Shown: positions 45,801 to 58,952, numbered from the whole stretch's first letter. The stretch is 63,888 nt of DNA, filler included, from Stramenopiles sp. TOSAG23-6 (GCA_900128565.1; 4 parts of 4 records of this genome joined end to end with filler, not necessarily neighbours in it); one strand, 5' to 3'. Numbers and translations are program-made. The notes: generated by a model from the letters alone, not told the origin.

Positions 45801-46780
45801 TGGACCAAGCTGGTTCTTTAAATGATACTTCAAAATTAAGATTTGATTTCACATGTCAGAAAGCACTTACAACAAAACAGTTGCAAGATGTTGAAGATAT
45901 GGTAAATGCCAATATTGAAGCTTCATTACCTATTAATACTTATCCTGTAAATTATAAGGAAGCTTTGAAAATTCATGGTTTACGCGCTGTATTTAGTGAA
46001 AGTTACCCAGAAACTGTTCGCGTAGTTACAATTTCAGATCATACTGTGCAAGAAATGACAGCAGATCCAACAAACGCTAAATGGGCGAAATATTCAACTG
46101 AACTTTGTGGTGGAACTCATTTAACAAACTCATCTCAAGCACGTAGTTTTGCTATTATGAAAGCTGAGGCAATTAGTAAAGGTGTACGTCGAATAGTTGG
46201 TACTACCGGTGAAGCTGCATTTGAAGCACATGTTCAATTAAGAGCTCTTCAAGAACGGTTCAATAATGCTTTTGGAATCCGTGATGTCGTAGAATTGGAA
46301 TCTGAAGTGAATGCATTGAATTCTATAATGCAATCAGGAAAAGTTCCCGCACCTGGTAAGAAAGCTCTTGAAGACACACGAAAAGAACTTCAAAAGTCAA
46401 TGTTAACAATGCGCAAGAAAGACGAAATGAGGCGTCTAAAAATTGCATCTGAAGTATGTGGAAAGGAAGTAGCAAGTGCTGTAAAAGAGGGAAAGAATAA
46501 GGTTGTCGTTCGTGCTGACATTGGAAGTAACAAAAAAGTAATTAATAAGTTGATGAACGAATTGCGCAAAAGTCACAAGACTGTAAGTGTTTTAATTGTA
46601 TCTGGTGATGGCGCAGTAGCAGCATGTGACCCGAAAGTTATATCAGCAAAAAAATGGATTAATGAATTTATGGCTATTGCAGGTGGCAGAGGTGGAGGTA
46701 GTGATAAATCTGCACAAGTATTTGGTTGTGATGTGTCTAAAATTCAGAAAGCACTTTTAGCTGTCGAAGCAATGTGTTGA
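42879..46780 (+). CDS. AARS1: Alanyl-tRNA synthetase with N-terminal SRPBCC/START (polyketide-cyclase-like) domain; exons 42879-44759, 45099-45185, 45452-46780 (~1098 aa)
   Basis: [62 protein letters not shown] and ELCGGTH motifs; two ordinary GT-AG introns (44760-45098; 45186-45451 with TACTAAC) join in frame. Confidence 0.95.
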
Positions 46781-46894
46781 ATAGTTGAATGCGATTGATA
46801 TTTTTGTTTTTTTGGTGTATTTGAAAATAAAAAATGGTTGTGATTTCTTTTGAAAAAATATAAGTTTCTTTGAAAAATATTTAAAAAATAATAC

Positions 46895-47968
46895 CTAAAT
46901 ACCTTCACGCCAAGATGGAATGGCAACACCAGACGTACGACCAATTGCAACAGACGGTTGGATATACAATGCGCTGTCGTGACCACCTGCACGTCTCTCA
47001 ACACTTTTTCGCTTTGCTTCTATATATTGTCTTGAAAGAGTCATATTTTGTGATGCATGAGTTCCTCTAGTTAATCTTTTCACATCAAATCCAGGATTTT
47101 TTTCTAATTTTGCATTTCTACGATTCACATAATCTTCTTGCCATTTTGCTTCTCTATTTTCTTTTTGGTTTGCTTTATTTCGGCGGTTTTCACCTTCCTT
47201 TGCTGCTCTTTCTAACGCCGCCTTTGTTCTCATTTTCACCGCATTTCGACGATTTTCAATCTCTATAGCATTTCTCAGCTGTTTCGGTCGAGATAGCATT
47301 TCCTCATCACGAAGTCTTTTCGCAATTTCTTCAGCTCTTTTCACTTTATATTCAGCGATTAATGCTTTTTTATAATTTTGTTCATCAATGTATTCTTTTG
47401 CTTTCCTTGCAGCGATTCTTTCATTTACAGATTTTTTTGTTTCTCTATCTAAACTTTGTTTATTTTGTCGTTCATATCGCCATTGTCTAACTTTTCTTTT
47501 TTGTTCTTCAAGATTATGCTTTACATATTTTTCATATTTAGACTCTTTAGATTGTTTGTCAATCAAAAGTTTTTGTTTTTCTACTTGTTTTTGTTTTTCG
47601 TCTTCCTTTTTCAAATCTCGTTGTTTTCTCCACTTTATCACAAGCTTTTTCTTTCGTTCTTTTCGATACAAACAACGTAAATAAAATATATAGTGATCTC
47701 TCACAGTATATAAGGACTGTGCAGGTACTTGTGTACAAACCTGTTTGAAGAAGGATAATAACTTTCCACCTCCAGAACCTCTGACATTGTTATGATGAAA
47801 GCCATTTTCTGCAGTTTTCATAGCACTTTCAATAGCCACTTGAAGTGCACGAGTTCCAAGCCCAATATGTAATAATTGATTTTTACTCAAAATTTGACAA
47901 AATGTTTCATGATCTACTTTTAACCAACCACCATATGCTCCCTCTTCCGCTGCTTCAGCTTCAATTAG
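46895..47968 (-). CDS. CCDC112: CCDC112-like coiled-coil protein (5'-partial)
   Basis: The frame is open from the gap; GGWLKVDHETF and C-terminal AIPSWREGI match family motifs. Confidence 0.65.
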   Translation of the reverse strand, partial: LIEAEAAEEGAYGGWLKVDHETFCQILSKNQLLHIGLGTRALQVAIESAMKTAENGFHHNNVRGSGGGKLLSFFKQVCTQVPAQSLYTVRDHYIFYLRCLYRKERKKKLVIKWRKQRDLKKEDEKQKQVEKQKLLIDKQSKESKYEKYVKHNLEEQKRKVRQWRYERQNKQSLDRETKKSVNERIAARKAKEYIDEQNYKKALIAEYKVKRAEEIAKRLRDEEMLSRPKQLRNAIEIENRRNAVKMRTKAALERAAKEGENRRNKANQKENREAKWQEDYVNRRNAKLEKNPGFDVKRLTRGTHASQNMTLSRQYIEAKRKSVERRAGGHDSALYIQPSVAIGRTSGVAIPSWREGI

Positions 47969-48068
47969 NNNNNNNNNNNNNNNNNNNNNNNNNNNNNNNN
48001 NNNNNNNNNNNNTTAATTAATTAANNNNNNNNNNNNNNNNNNNNNNNNNNNNNNNNNNNNNNNNNNNN
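47969..48068. other. Artificial contig spacer
   Basis: N44-TTAATTAATTAA-N44. Confidence 0.95.
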
Positions 48069-48400
48069 TATCTACAAAGTATATTGAAGACTGCAGCATC
48101 ACAAGAGTTACCAAAAACATCATCATATGGAAAGTTTTGTTGGAAATGACAATTGTGATTTCTGATCCTTTCGGGCTACCACTAGCTAGTAGTCACGAGT
48201 CTCCACGTGGACTTGAGTTCTTGCTTGAAAGTTGAAACACGCTGAAACAACCCGGCAATATATATGCGCATTTAAAAAAAAACACACACACGAAATACCG
48301 GCTTGAATTTCGTGTTTTTTTCGCGGACATCGACATCGCGACATCTCGTATCTTTGTATCTTTTTACACAAAAAGAACATTTTAAGCTATCTTGTGTATA

Positions 48401-51400
48401 ATGGATGAATGGAGTAAAGACGACATGATGTATTTAGATTTGATGAATAATTATGTGCCTATGTCCCTAGTGTACTGTCTGTTAGATGATCACAATACAA
48501 AAGACCCAACAGATCCGGCACAGCTGCCTATTTCTTTTACAAAAAAAACTTCTGTTCTAGTCATCGAATTATCTGGTATTGATGAGTTGTCACACGAGCT
48601 CTCAACGTCTAGTGGGATAGAAGAAAGTTATTTCGCTTATCTAGAAGCCGTAGTAAAGTGTATAACTGAAGAAGGTGGTGACTTAGTAAAAATGCACGAA
48701 CAATTTCTCATTTGTTCATGGCCAGATCGAGTCGGTGGTGAAAAAGAAAAATGTGTATATGCCGCTCAGTGTGCAATCAAAGTGCAAGCTATTTTACACC
48801 ATTTTAATACAATGAAAAATATTCAACATAGTGGATACAATACCGAAATATTAGTTCATGCAAAGATAGCAATAGGATATGGAAACATAAGTTTTGTACA
48901 CCTAGGAGGCTTTGAGGGAATACATAATGAAGGAAAGCCGTGGATTGATTATATAGTAATAGGAAGTGCTCTTAGTGATGCTTTCCATGGTTTACGAGAA
49001 TTAAATGATGATAGTAACATTGCAGTTCATGATACTGTTTGGAAGTTTCTATCAGAATCGTTTACTGATATCAAAGTTGTTTCAGGTTGTTTTCATATTG
49101 TTGATTCAAAATATGGCCAATTAGAACATTATGAACAAACACAAGAGTACAACTCTACAAAATCAGAAACAATAGAAATGCAAAATTTTCTTCATACAAA
49201 AATACAGAGTTACTTACCCTCTGATGTTGCAGGACATATCTCTACTGATGATATCAATTTAGAATTATGGTTATCTGAGCATCGATGTATGTTTTATTTT
49301 TTTTCAATTTCGAATTTATTTTTCGTATGAAAATTTGTACCTAACAATTTTTTTAGATTGTTTTTGAAATATTTTTCCAAAATACATATATCACTGTTCT
49401 TCTCATTGACGTTGGAATTGAAGAAAAACATTTCAAAGTTGTGACAAAGCAACTAGAAACACCTGTACGTTTTCATTATTTATTTCAATTCTTTTTTAAT
49501 ACGAAAATCCATACCTAACGATTTTTTATCCAAAAAAAAAATATTTTTCACAATACATATAAGTGAGGTAGAACCATTACAATTTGGATTAGAATTGTTC
49601 CAACAAACTGTAATTGATGTGCAGACCGCGACACATCAATATGAGGGTAAAGTATTTGAAGTTTCTATGACAGATAAAAGACTGCTAATTTCATGTAGCT
49701 TTGGTACGGCACCTCGAGCGCATATGGATGACGCATTAAGAGGTGTTTTGGCTAGTCTTCGGATGTCCGCTGATATAGAAACAAATTCAAAACTTAGGGC
49801 AAGAGTTGGAATAGCGACAGGTGTCTGTTTTGTTGGAACCATAGGAAGTGATCAGTGTAGACGGTTCAAAGTTTTAGGCCTTCCTGTTGGGCAAGCGTCA
49901 TCTTTGTTATCTCGAACTAGTGTAAAACACAATATACTGTGTGATCAGGAAACTCGAATGATGATTGGCGATCATTTGAAATTTATATCTCTTTCTGGGT
50001 CAAATCGACGAGATCAAATATTTTGTCCTGCTAAACCACCTTCAACTAAATCTAGTGATAAACATCAATATGATGATGCAAAAATTAATTATACTCACCA
50101 ATTAAAAGTCTTGCATCAACACAAGCGATCACAAATACCAAAACATTTGCCCAAGAAATCTATGGTAGTAAGCACGACATCATTAGAGATAAGCAAATCG
50201 CTGGAAAAATGGGATTGTCAAAGTAGCCATGTTTTAATCATTGAAGGCGATCTTGGATCTGGAAAAACGGCAATGCTTGACCATTGCTTACACTCTCTGA
50301 GCGTTGCAAATATTGATCAAAGAAGAAAGTTAAAGATAGTGTACTCCTATGCTGATCCGTATGAAGAGGTTCTTCCTTTCGGAGGGATTGGAAACATAAT
50401 ACGAGAGTGGCTTACCCAGCGTTGTGCATCGACTGTGGCTAGTAGCAATGATAAGGATAGTGATATAAATTTAATGATTAGAAAAGTGGTGGCTCTACTC
50501 AGACCGTATTCAAATTTACAATCCTATGTAGGGTGTTTGAGTGAAATTTTAGATTTGCCATTTGAGGATGTACCAAAATATCGTGCTGAAGATATTGATT
50601 CTAATGAAATAGTCTGTCGAATTCTTTTGCTTGTTTTGTTGTGGGAAATCTCCCAAGAGATAACTACGATTTTATGCATTGATGATGCATTGCATTTAGA
50701 TGAGATGAGTTGGGTAACAATTCGTGATTTAGTTACAGGAGGATTCAATATACTTACAGACTATCAGACATTTCCTGAGAGTACCATTGAATTCATAACA
50801 AATGAAATACATACTGAAAGAAAATGTCCCCTACTTTTATGTCTAGGTCTTAGAACTGTTGATAAATATGGTTTGATGTTGCATTCAACAATAATCCCTG
50901 CCATAGATAATCTTAAATCTGAAACTGAGAGGGTCACAGTGATACATATACCGCAATTGATCCCTAAAGAGGTAGAACAGATATTTTTATTCTACATTCG
51001 CGAGAAAGACATGTCACCACCATTATGTGAGGTATCAAAAACGACTTTATCCCTTATCTGTGATTTATGCAATGGAAACCCATTATTTGTCAAAGAAATA
51101 GCATATGCAATAAAGTCATTGCCGCCAAGTATAATTCGATACACAAAAGTGATTAAAGCTCAAGAAAAATATGGTGTTGAAGATGCAATCAAAATGTCAT
51201 TAACTTCTACATTTAAAGCTGTTCGAGACATTGTGGTACCTCGTATTCTAGATTTGATGCTTGGAGCTGAAGCAGATTCAATAAGTTTGTGTGCAACAAT
51301 CATATTAAAGATTTTATCGACCGTAGCCAGGCCGATAAGTATTGAGCTGATCTACAATGCATTTCCAATAAAGCTTTATAAAAATACAATAATAGATGAA

Positions 51401-54400
51401 ATTCATTCGCTCGTCAAATTAGGATTACTGATGGAAATTGTTTCTGTGGAGAAAAAGCTAATTTTCTTCACATCGCCGTTTGTGTTTCATATGATCAATG
51501 ATCGCATGATCGAATCTCATAGACGACAGATTAAAATTATGATCAAGAAGGCTTCCCAAACTAAATCTTCAATTACTCTAGTAAACGAAATGTCTAATAA
51601 TCATCACGTCGATCACAATACTGAAATATTGGGGGCCGAGAAAGCGTTTCGAGAGAAAACCAAAGTAATTGAAAGAAGAAGTTCTACGTGTAAAGCTAAA
51701 ACATCTCTATATCCCCATAATAATAATAGCTTAAAATTTTCTTCTCTCCCTACTGGACGAAATTCATTGACTCGTAAAAGCAGTATGAAGGCTGCACAAA
51801 AGCTATCACTTATAAGCGTTGGTTCTCCTATCGAAATATCGAAAGATAAAGTGGCTTCTAGCATACGTTATGTGAATGACATCAATACACCAAGTGGCGA
51901 TACCAATCTTATTTGCAACGCAGAAAAAATGTTTAGAAAGAATCAATTACATAAAGCAAAAGGAGTGATTGAAATATCTTATGCAAAGTATGTGTCTAAA
52001 TATATCCCGTTACTTGTCTCGAAGTATATTGTAGATCACACTCGTTGCAATAAGCTCGCATTTCCTATAATACAAACACAAATATCACCCGTAGTTGTCG
52101 TTGATTTCACACCATATCTTTTATTGATTCACGCTACATTACACAAAGATTCTTTGATGAAAAATAAATTCATAGATATGGATAATAACAAAGCCAATGC
52201 TTCTCATTTCAATCTCAATAATAGAAATATATCGCATGAAGATGATTTTTTTATTGCTATAAAGGAGTTATTCTCGCTTGTGGCAGAGGTGTGCGATAAT
52301 GAAGGAGGCGATATTATAAGCATGTCAAATCACCAATTAATTGCTGCATGGCCAACAAACTCTGTATTGGGTATAAAAGATGCGCTTAGGAGATCAATAC
52401 AAGGAGCATTACGAATCATGGAAAAAATTGATGTGATGTGTGAAGACAGGACTATATTCAACAATGATGATTCATACCATCCCAAAATAGGCATTGGTAC
52501 TGGTGAATTAAGTATAATTCATTTCAAAGGAGCGAAAGTAAACGAAGCACATATTATTCCAGTTGGGGAATCTGTTGCACAAGCATTTGATATATGTGAT
52601 ATCGCGAGTCCTGCAGAGATTGCACTTAGTAGTAAGGCATACGGTATAGTTAAGGACAACTTCTACTTTAATGTAAAATCTGCGAAAGGTAGTAATAAAG
52701 ATAGAACTATACACATAGTAGACCGTAAGTATGGCCCCAAAAAATACTTAAAATCTGAAAACTTACAAAATCATTTTGATGATTCTATCAACGTCAATCC
52801 AGATATTGAAGTTAATATCAGTTCTTATATCCCCGATCCTATTTTACGTGCTTATTCAACGTCTTATAAAAATCAAGAGCTCTGTGTGAATGAAACAAGA
52901 CAAATAACTTTTTTATATATTGATTTTGGTTTATCGAGAAATGATTTAGCTACAGCCAACGTACCAAACCAAGGAGTACTTACTCTACAGCATTTACAGC
53001 ATTGGCAAACGGCAGTAAATGCTACTGAAAAAGCTTTAATTGCATATTGTGGAAACTTTGTCAAGTTATTAAATAATGGGAGTAAATTTTGTATTTTTGG
53101 AGGATTTGGTATTCAATCATCTGCTCATATTGATGACGCTCTCAGGGCAACCTTATGTGCCTTTGATATTTGTCAGCGGCTCAGTCGTCTTCGCTTCACT
53201 CATGTGTCAGTCGGAGTAGTAACAGGATTTTTTTCTATTGGTATAGTAGGTTCAAGTAAAAGAAAAAGTTATGAAGTTACGGGTGAATCCATTTCATTAT
53301 GCAGTGACCTGCAGCTTGTTGCTGCTGATAATGCATGCGGTGTTTGTATTGACGAAACAACAAAACAACGGATTGAAAGTGTCTATCACATTGTTCCTAT
53401 CCCACGCAATGAAACAAAACCATTGCTAAATTCTGTAACTGGCGAAATCATTAATGCATTTACCGTATTCCATAAATCTCAAAGGATAAATACAAAATAC
53501 GCTATTATTCCAAAGACTAAGATAATCTCCGCCTCAAAAGTTGCTCTACAGTACCAAAATATATTTGACTGCTTGAAGGAAGCTTATCTTACTTCAAAAT
53601 CAATGGAGCAACCAGAGACATCAAATCAAATTATCGCCAGTGAAACTGCAAATCAATTACTGACAACTTTAAATAGGACAAATACACAAAAAAACCGTGG
53701 AATTATTCTACAAGGACAACAAGGAATTGGTAAAACGACGACATTTGCATATTGCCTACGTTCCGTAACTGGTAAATTCATAGCATCAACTGCGCTTTGT
53801 TATGAATCGAAAATTCCATTTTCAGGAATAGTTAATATCTTCGTAAAGGGACTGTCTGATTTATACAGTAATACTTCCGATTCAGAGCTTGCTTTTGACA
53901 CATTTGATAATTTTGTTTATGTTAATATAGTAAAAGCATTAGAAAAATATGGTAAAATTGCAAAGTATGTTGCCGTTCTAAACAACATTTTCGATAGCAT
54001 TAATGATTTTCCGTATACGAAAGATACAGATATTATTATAAGTGATCCAAGTTTATTAGAAGTAACTCGACGATGTTTAATGCTTTGTCTGTTGCGTTGG
54101 TTAATTCAGGTAAAAGGTTTTGACATAATATTTATCGATGCTGGTGAGTACCTTGACACGGAGTCATGGAGAGTTTACTTAGATCTATTAGATAACGGCT
54201 CAAGTATTAAGCATGAGTATTTAATATTTCCAGATGAAATTGGTCAATATCTTGCCAGAGATCTTCCAAAGGAAAAATATTTGCCTACTATTGTTTGTAT
54301 TGCATTGAGTTTATCTGACCCAGTGAATCATTATGATGAACAAAAACTAATTTTGCAGTACAAATTTAAGCACCACAGAAATACAACTATAGTGCAAATG

Positions 54401-55000
54401 AAGAAGTTCGGTAGAAACAACGTTCAAAGTATTACATCAAATATCTTGAGGAAGGTAAATATCTATGATTTATCCGATGAACTATTGGATTTTATTTTTC
54501 AGTTTTCCATGGGTCTTCCGAGTCTTGCTATCGCATTGACGGAAGCTTTAGTAAAAGTTCATTCCACAATAAATTCGTCTATTGTAGTTGACTCTAAATA
54601 CCAAAGTGAAGGAATTACCTTACGATGGTTACTGCATTCCAATGATAAAACAATAGAAAATATTGCATTACAAAAACTTGCATTTGAATTGGAAAAACAT
54701 ATTCTTTCAAGATTAGATTGTCTATCCACATGCAAATATACATTGATTAAACTAGCGGCTCTTATTGGAACAAGAAAATCCTTTACTAAAGATGGATTGG
54801 AAAATGCGTATTCTAAGTGCGGAATGAAAATTAATGAATCAGTAGGTGATATTCTTCATCACTTATCTAGCATTGGTTTCATTCAAGAAACGGCGAATGG
54901 AATGTACTCTTTTTCCTCGATAATTTATCCGATTGTTTTACGGAATGTCTTCAAACTATCACAAAAAGAATTAAATAAGTGTAGAGGCATCGTTCTATAA
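48401..55000 (+). CDS. Soluble adenylyl cyclase (ADCY10)-like protein with two tandem cyclase-cyclase-P-loop units; exons 48401-49286, 49388-49464, 49559-55000 (~2134 aa)
   Basis: EGGD.....W...A..CA, KI.IG.G, FG....AH.DDALR and VG..TG motifs each occur twice; Walker A GDLGSGKT and GQQGIGKT. Confidence 0.8.
49287..49387 (+). mobile_element. Introner-like intron GTATGT...CAAAATACAT (AT/AT)
   Basis: Removal restores the cyclase motif SEHR|YITVLLID (compare NETRQITFLYID in the second unit). Confidence 0.85.
49465..49558 (+). mobile_element. Introner-like intron GTACGT...CAATACAT (CT/AT)
   Basis: Core ATACGAAAATCCATACCTAAC; in-frame join LETP|ISEVEP; the first downstream AG is out of frame, the second in frame. 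Confidence 0.75.
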
Positions 55001-55179
55001 CTAAAAAGTATTCGATACGAAACCTTTGGGTCGGTTACAAAGAAAATAATTTTGAAGCGAAACCCAATTGATAAAAAACAAAAATGAACAAAAATGAACT
55101 ATTCATATAATAAACGATAATAAACGATTTTTCAATATTATTTATAATAAAATTTGCTTGACAAAAGAACACAATAAAA

Positions 55180-56853
55180 CTAGACGACAAGCTCATCTTC
55201 CAAAAAGGAATACTCAAAAGTAAAGTCACTTTTAATGCGTTGATACCATCCAGTCTCGTAGTCAAAATATACATATGTACCTCGTTCATATTCCTCAGTC
55301 GTATCTTGGGGCTCTTCATGCCTTTGAAACCAAGTCATATACTTTTTATGAAAACGCCAACTTTGTCTCTTTAACTCACGAGCAGCCAAGTACTGTTGGT
55401 AGGTACCTTGCTGATGATAAAAAATAAAAAATAGAACATCAGTATCTACATTTTCAAAAACACTGGAGCTAGATAATACTGGTGGTGGCACTGTTGGGAA
55501 ATGTTCAGATATTTGACCCGGTGGCGCGGGATTTTTTGGTACGTATTGTTGGATACACTCAGAATCACCTGGGCGAGGTAGAAACGCAAGACTAGTATCA
55601 AGTGCACGATGTTGCATCCCTTTAACCATATGTTGATTGGAAGGATCAATGGATGCTTTCCCCATTTGTTGTTGCAATTGAGCCATTTCCATTTGGCGAC
55701 GTCGCTGTTGATCTAACATCATTTGCTGCTGTCGTTGCATTTTTTGTCTCTGTTGTAACAACATTTGCTGTTGTTGCAACTGCCTTTTTTGGGTTGGATT
55801 CAGAGACTCATATGATTGCATCCTCTGAGGTGTCCCAGGGTTAGTGGTAGGATTACTGTCATTTTGTTTACCTTTGAGCAAGTTAGCCATTGAAAGTGAT
55901 TTCACCTGAGCAGATTTATTCTTATTTAGCTCAGTTCGACGCTTTTCACGTTCTAAGCGTTCATTATTCTGTTCTTTAATAAACTCCATCTGTTTCCGTC
56001 TCTCCAACTTTTCTTTTTCACGATTTTTTTCGCGAGTTTCTTGAGCAAGCTGTGCTTTCTTTAATTTTGTCTTTTCTTTCGAAATAGAAGATTGACGTTG
56101 TTGTTCTGCATCGGTATCTTTTTTCAATATTGATGAATCAGAATGGTTACGAGATTTCTTTGGGTGTGTTCGGTTATCGAGATCAAGATCCTCGTACACG
56201 CCCTCATCAGGATAAAACTCAGGTTCAGTGTTCGATTCACAATAGTATTCCACGTCATCTCTAACTTGATCTGCTTCCTCTGGTTCTAGTGAGTCATTTA
56301 TCATTAATCGTAACATTGCTTCCAACCTTTCTAAGTGCCATTTGTGCATTTTAAGTCGCTCCTCAAGTGAGGCGATGGCATTTTTATCTGGACGTTTTTT
56401 CGATGACAAGGACTCAACGTCTGCTTCGCATTCATCCGCCTGAGCTTGGATCTGTTCCATACACGAATTTATCCAAGAACGTGTAACATCTTTTTCTTTT
56501 TGTTTCGGGTCAACTTCGTCTGCCTGCATCAAACCTTCTTTGGAAAAAGCTTTAGTTTTGACTTCTTTCTCACACTCTTTAAATTGCTCCATCTTTTGTT
56601 CTATAACCATCCGGGTTTCAGTGAGCTTCGTCTTGTCTTTGACAGCATTATTTGAAAGCCACCCTTTGATAGAATCTCGACATCGCTGAAGCTTTTTTAA
56701 TTCTTTCTTTAAATCAGATGAATATCTTTCTTTCTGCGACTGCTCAGATGCGCTGTAAATTTTATCATAAATATTATCAAAAGTTTCTAAACCCTCTGAC
56801 ACCTTTTTAAGAGTGCGAGAGATCTCCATCTGCATCTTCCGATTCTGGCTCAT
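55180..56853 (-). CDS. CNOT3: CCR4-NOT complex subunit NOT3/5
   Basis: RK.Q.EI.RTLKKV.EG, KTKAFSKEGL, and NOT-box LFFIFYHQQGTYQQYLAARELKRQSWRFHKKY. Confidence 0.95.
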   Translation of the reverse strand: MSQNRKMQMEISRTLKKVSEGLETFDNIYDKIYSASEQSQKERYSSDLKKELKKLQRCRDSIKGWLSNNAVKDKTKLTETRMVIEQKMEQFKECEKEVKTKAFSKEGLMQADEVDPKQKEKDVTRSWINSCMEQIQAQADECEADVESLSSKKRPDKNAIASLEERLKMHKWHLERLEAMLRLMINDSLEPEEADQVRDDVEYYCESNTEPEFYPDEGVYEDLDLDNRTHPKKSRNHSDSSILKKDTDAEQQRQSSISKEKTKLKKAQLAQETREKNREKEKLERRKQMEFIKEQNNERLEREKRRTELNKNKSAQVKSLSMANLLKGKQNDSNPTTNPGTPQRMQSYESLNPTQKRQLQQQQMLLQQRQKMQRQQQMMLDQQRRRQMEMAQLQQQMGKASIDPSNQHMVKGMQHRALDTSLAFLPRPGDSECIQQYVPKNPAPPGQISEHFPTVPPPVLSSSSVFENVDTDVLFFIFYHQQGTYQQYLAARELKRQSWRFHKKYMTWFQRHEEPQDTTEEYERGTYVYFDYETGWYQRIKSDFTFEYSFLEDELVV

Positions 56854-57233
56854 TCTTCTAACTAATAAATATATGCACTATACTATAGCCAAAGCGTCCA
56901 AATCAATAGAAATGTGACAATTCTTTCCCAATGCACTCACGAGTGTATCAACTTCAAGCGCAGTGCGGTGTTGATCTTGAGCTCTCTGTTTTCGCGAGCA
57001 GCGAGCGCATTGCAATTTGTGCACTCGATGTGATGCCAAGCAGGTGTGTCTGTGCGACAGACCTGCCTTGTATCAGGAAAATTCGGTCGTCGGTTATAAT
57101 AATTGTTCGTCGAATCGTCGGTTAAGGCCTTAAACATATCGAAACATATTGGAATCGTTCAAAAGAGGAAAGAAATTACATAGTTTGTGCCTTCGCCTGT
57201 CCAATTATAAAAAGCACCGCCTTAAAAAGAGGA

Positions 57234-58952
57234 ATGAATCTATGCAATTTGTGCATTCTTTTGCTAGTGTTCACACGAGCAGCCGTAGCCACTCCGCGGA
57301 TGCATCAGGAGGGACAAGAACTTCGTCCAGAAGCTGGTCCAGAAGAGGGGTCAAATGCCGCTGGGAAGACTGTCACAGAGAATGGCACAACATTTGGACA
57401 CGAAGAGGATGTCTTAGGGACACAGGCATTCCATGGTTTTCTCTGGACTAAAAAGATCGTTTGGATACCACCTATGGATGATGAAGGGAATTTTCTGTAT
57501 GATGACCTTACAGCGACCTATAACAAGGGTGATGCAATTCGAATGTCAGCAGCAAAGGCAGAAAAGGACAAACAGAACCAACAGGTAGAGACAAAAGCTG
57601 CTGAAGTAAATGATGAGCAGGGAGCAAAGGTAACACAACAAAAAGAGATTCGAAGCACAAGCAAAGCAGGAGATAAAGCAGGAGATAAATTTAACTTTGG
57701 CGGTTTCGTCTGGACAGCAATGTCTACAGTGACTACAACGAAAGTGTCAGCGGAAAAAGATCCAATTTGGTTCTTACCACCCTATCCCTATGATTATAAT
57801 AAGCTCAGAGTTGGTAGCGATTTTCATGATATGCCTGTGATGAAATCGACATTTGTCAAAAATGAAGCTGAGCAAATGAGCAAAAAAATGAATGAATGGT
57901 TCTTGCAAAAAGAAACAGAAGCAAAAGTTGGAGATATATTTATTTTTGGAGGTGTTAAATGGACAGCAAAACCGGCTCCTGAAGAATACAGAGGTAACTT
58001 GAGATATAAACAAAAATACTGGGATCCTACCCCCAGAGAAACTGGTGTTGTGGCAACATGGAACCTTGTTGAGGCGTTTCATATGGGCATGAAGATTCCT
58101 AAAACCTGGCCTAAAACGCAAGCAGAAAATGGCAAGCAGGACCAACAAGTAGACCAAGTAGAGGCAGAAGACCAAGTAGAGGCAGAAGCTGCTGAAGAAA
58201 ATGATGAGCAGGACCCAGAAGGAGATGGAGCAAAGGCAACACTACAACAAGAAGCGACTCGAAGCCCAACAGTCGCACAAAAAGAAGCAGCAGCACAAAA
58301 AACAGAAGTAGCAAAACCAGCAATAAGACAAAAAAGAGCAGTGGCAGCGACAGCACCACCAGTCGCAGCAACGCCAGTCGAACGAAAAGAAGCAGTACAA
58401 CCAGAACCGGCAGCAAAATCAACAACAAGACACCAAAAAGCAGCGGCAACAATCAAAGCAGGATATGAAGAAGGAGATAAATTTAACTTTCTTGATCTAG
58501 TCTGGACAGCAATGCGTACAGAAGGGGTGGACAAGAAAAAACATCCAATTTGGTTCGCACCCCCCTATAATCTCAATTTCCCCCCCCCTGACCCAACAGG
58601 GAAATTTTATGGTAGCTATGCAGGTGATATACCTGTGATGAAATCGACATTTGACAAAAATGAAGCTGAGGAAATGAGCAAAAAAATGAAAGAATGGCTC
58701 ATGCAGTTAGAAAAGGGAGCAAAACCTGAAGACACATTTTGGTTTGGAGGTGTTAAATGGACAGCGAAACCTGCTCTTGGAGATATCAGAGGTGACATGA
58801 GATATAAACAAATATGGTTTGATCCTACCCCCACAATAGAACCTAATGTTGTGGCAACATATAACCTTGATGATGCGTTTCATATGAGCATGAAGAACAA
58901 TCTCAACCTGAACAGAAGCCAAGGAATTGGACAAGAGAAAGAGAAAGAGTAA
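57234..58952 (+). CDS. Secreted protein with internal W/F-rich repeats
   Basis: Signal-peptide-like start; a ~135-aa block is duplicated, with an A/E/Q/K/T-rich linker between the copies. Confidence 0.7.
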   Translation: MNLCNLCILLLVFTRAAVATPRMHQEGQELRPEAGPEEGSNAAGKTVTENGTTFGHEEDVLGTQAFHGFLWTKKIVWIPPMDDEGNFLYDDLTATYNKGDAIRMSAAKAEKDKQNQQVETKAAEVNDEQGAKVTQQKEIRSTSKAGDKAGDKFNFGGFVWTAMSTVTTTKVSAEKDPIWFLPPYPYDYNKLRVGSDFHDMPVMKSTFVKNEAEQMSKKMNEWFLQKETEAKVGDIFIFGGVKWTAKPAPEEYRGNLRYKQKYWDPTPRETGVVATWNLVEAFHMGMKIPKTWPKTQAENGKQDQQVDQVEAEDQVEAEAAEENDEQDPEGDGAKATLQQEATRSPTVAQKEAAAQKTEVAKPAIRQKRAVAATAPPVAATPVERKEAVQPEPAAKSTTRHQKAAATIKAGYEEGDKFNFLDLVWTAMRTEGVDKKKHPIWFAPPYNLNFPPPDPTGKFYGSYAGDIPVMKSTFDKNEAEEMSKKMKEWLMQLEKGAKPEDTFWFGGVKWTAKPALGDIRGDMRYKQIWFDPTPTIEPNVVATYNLDDAFHMSMKNNLNLNRSQGIGQEKEKE

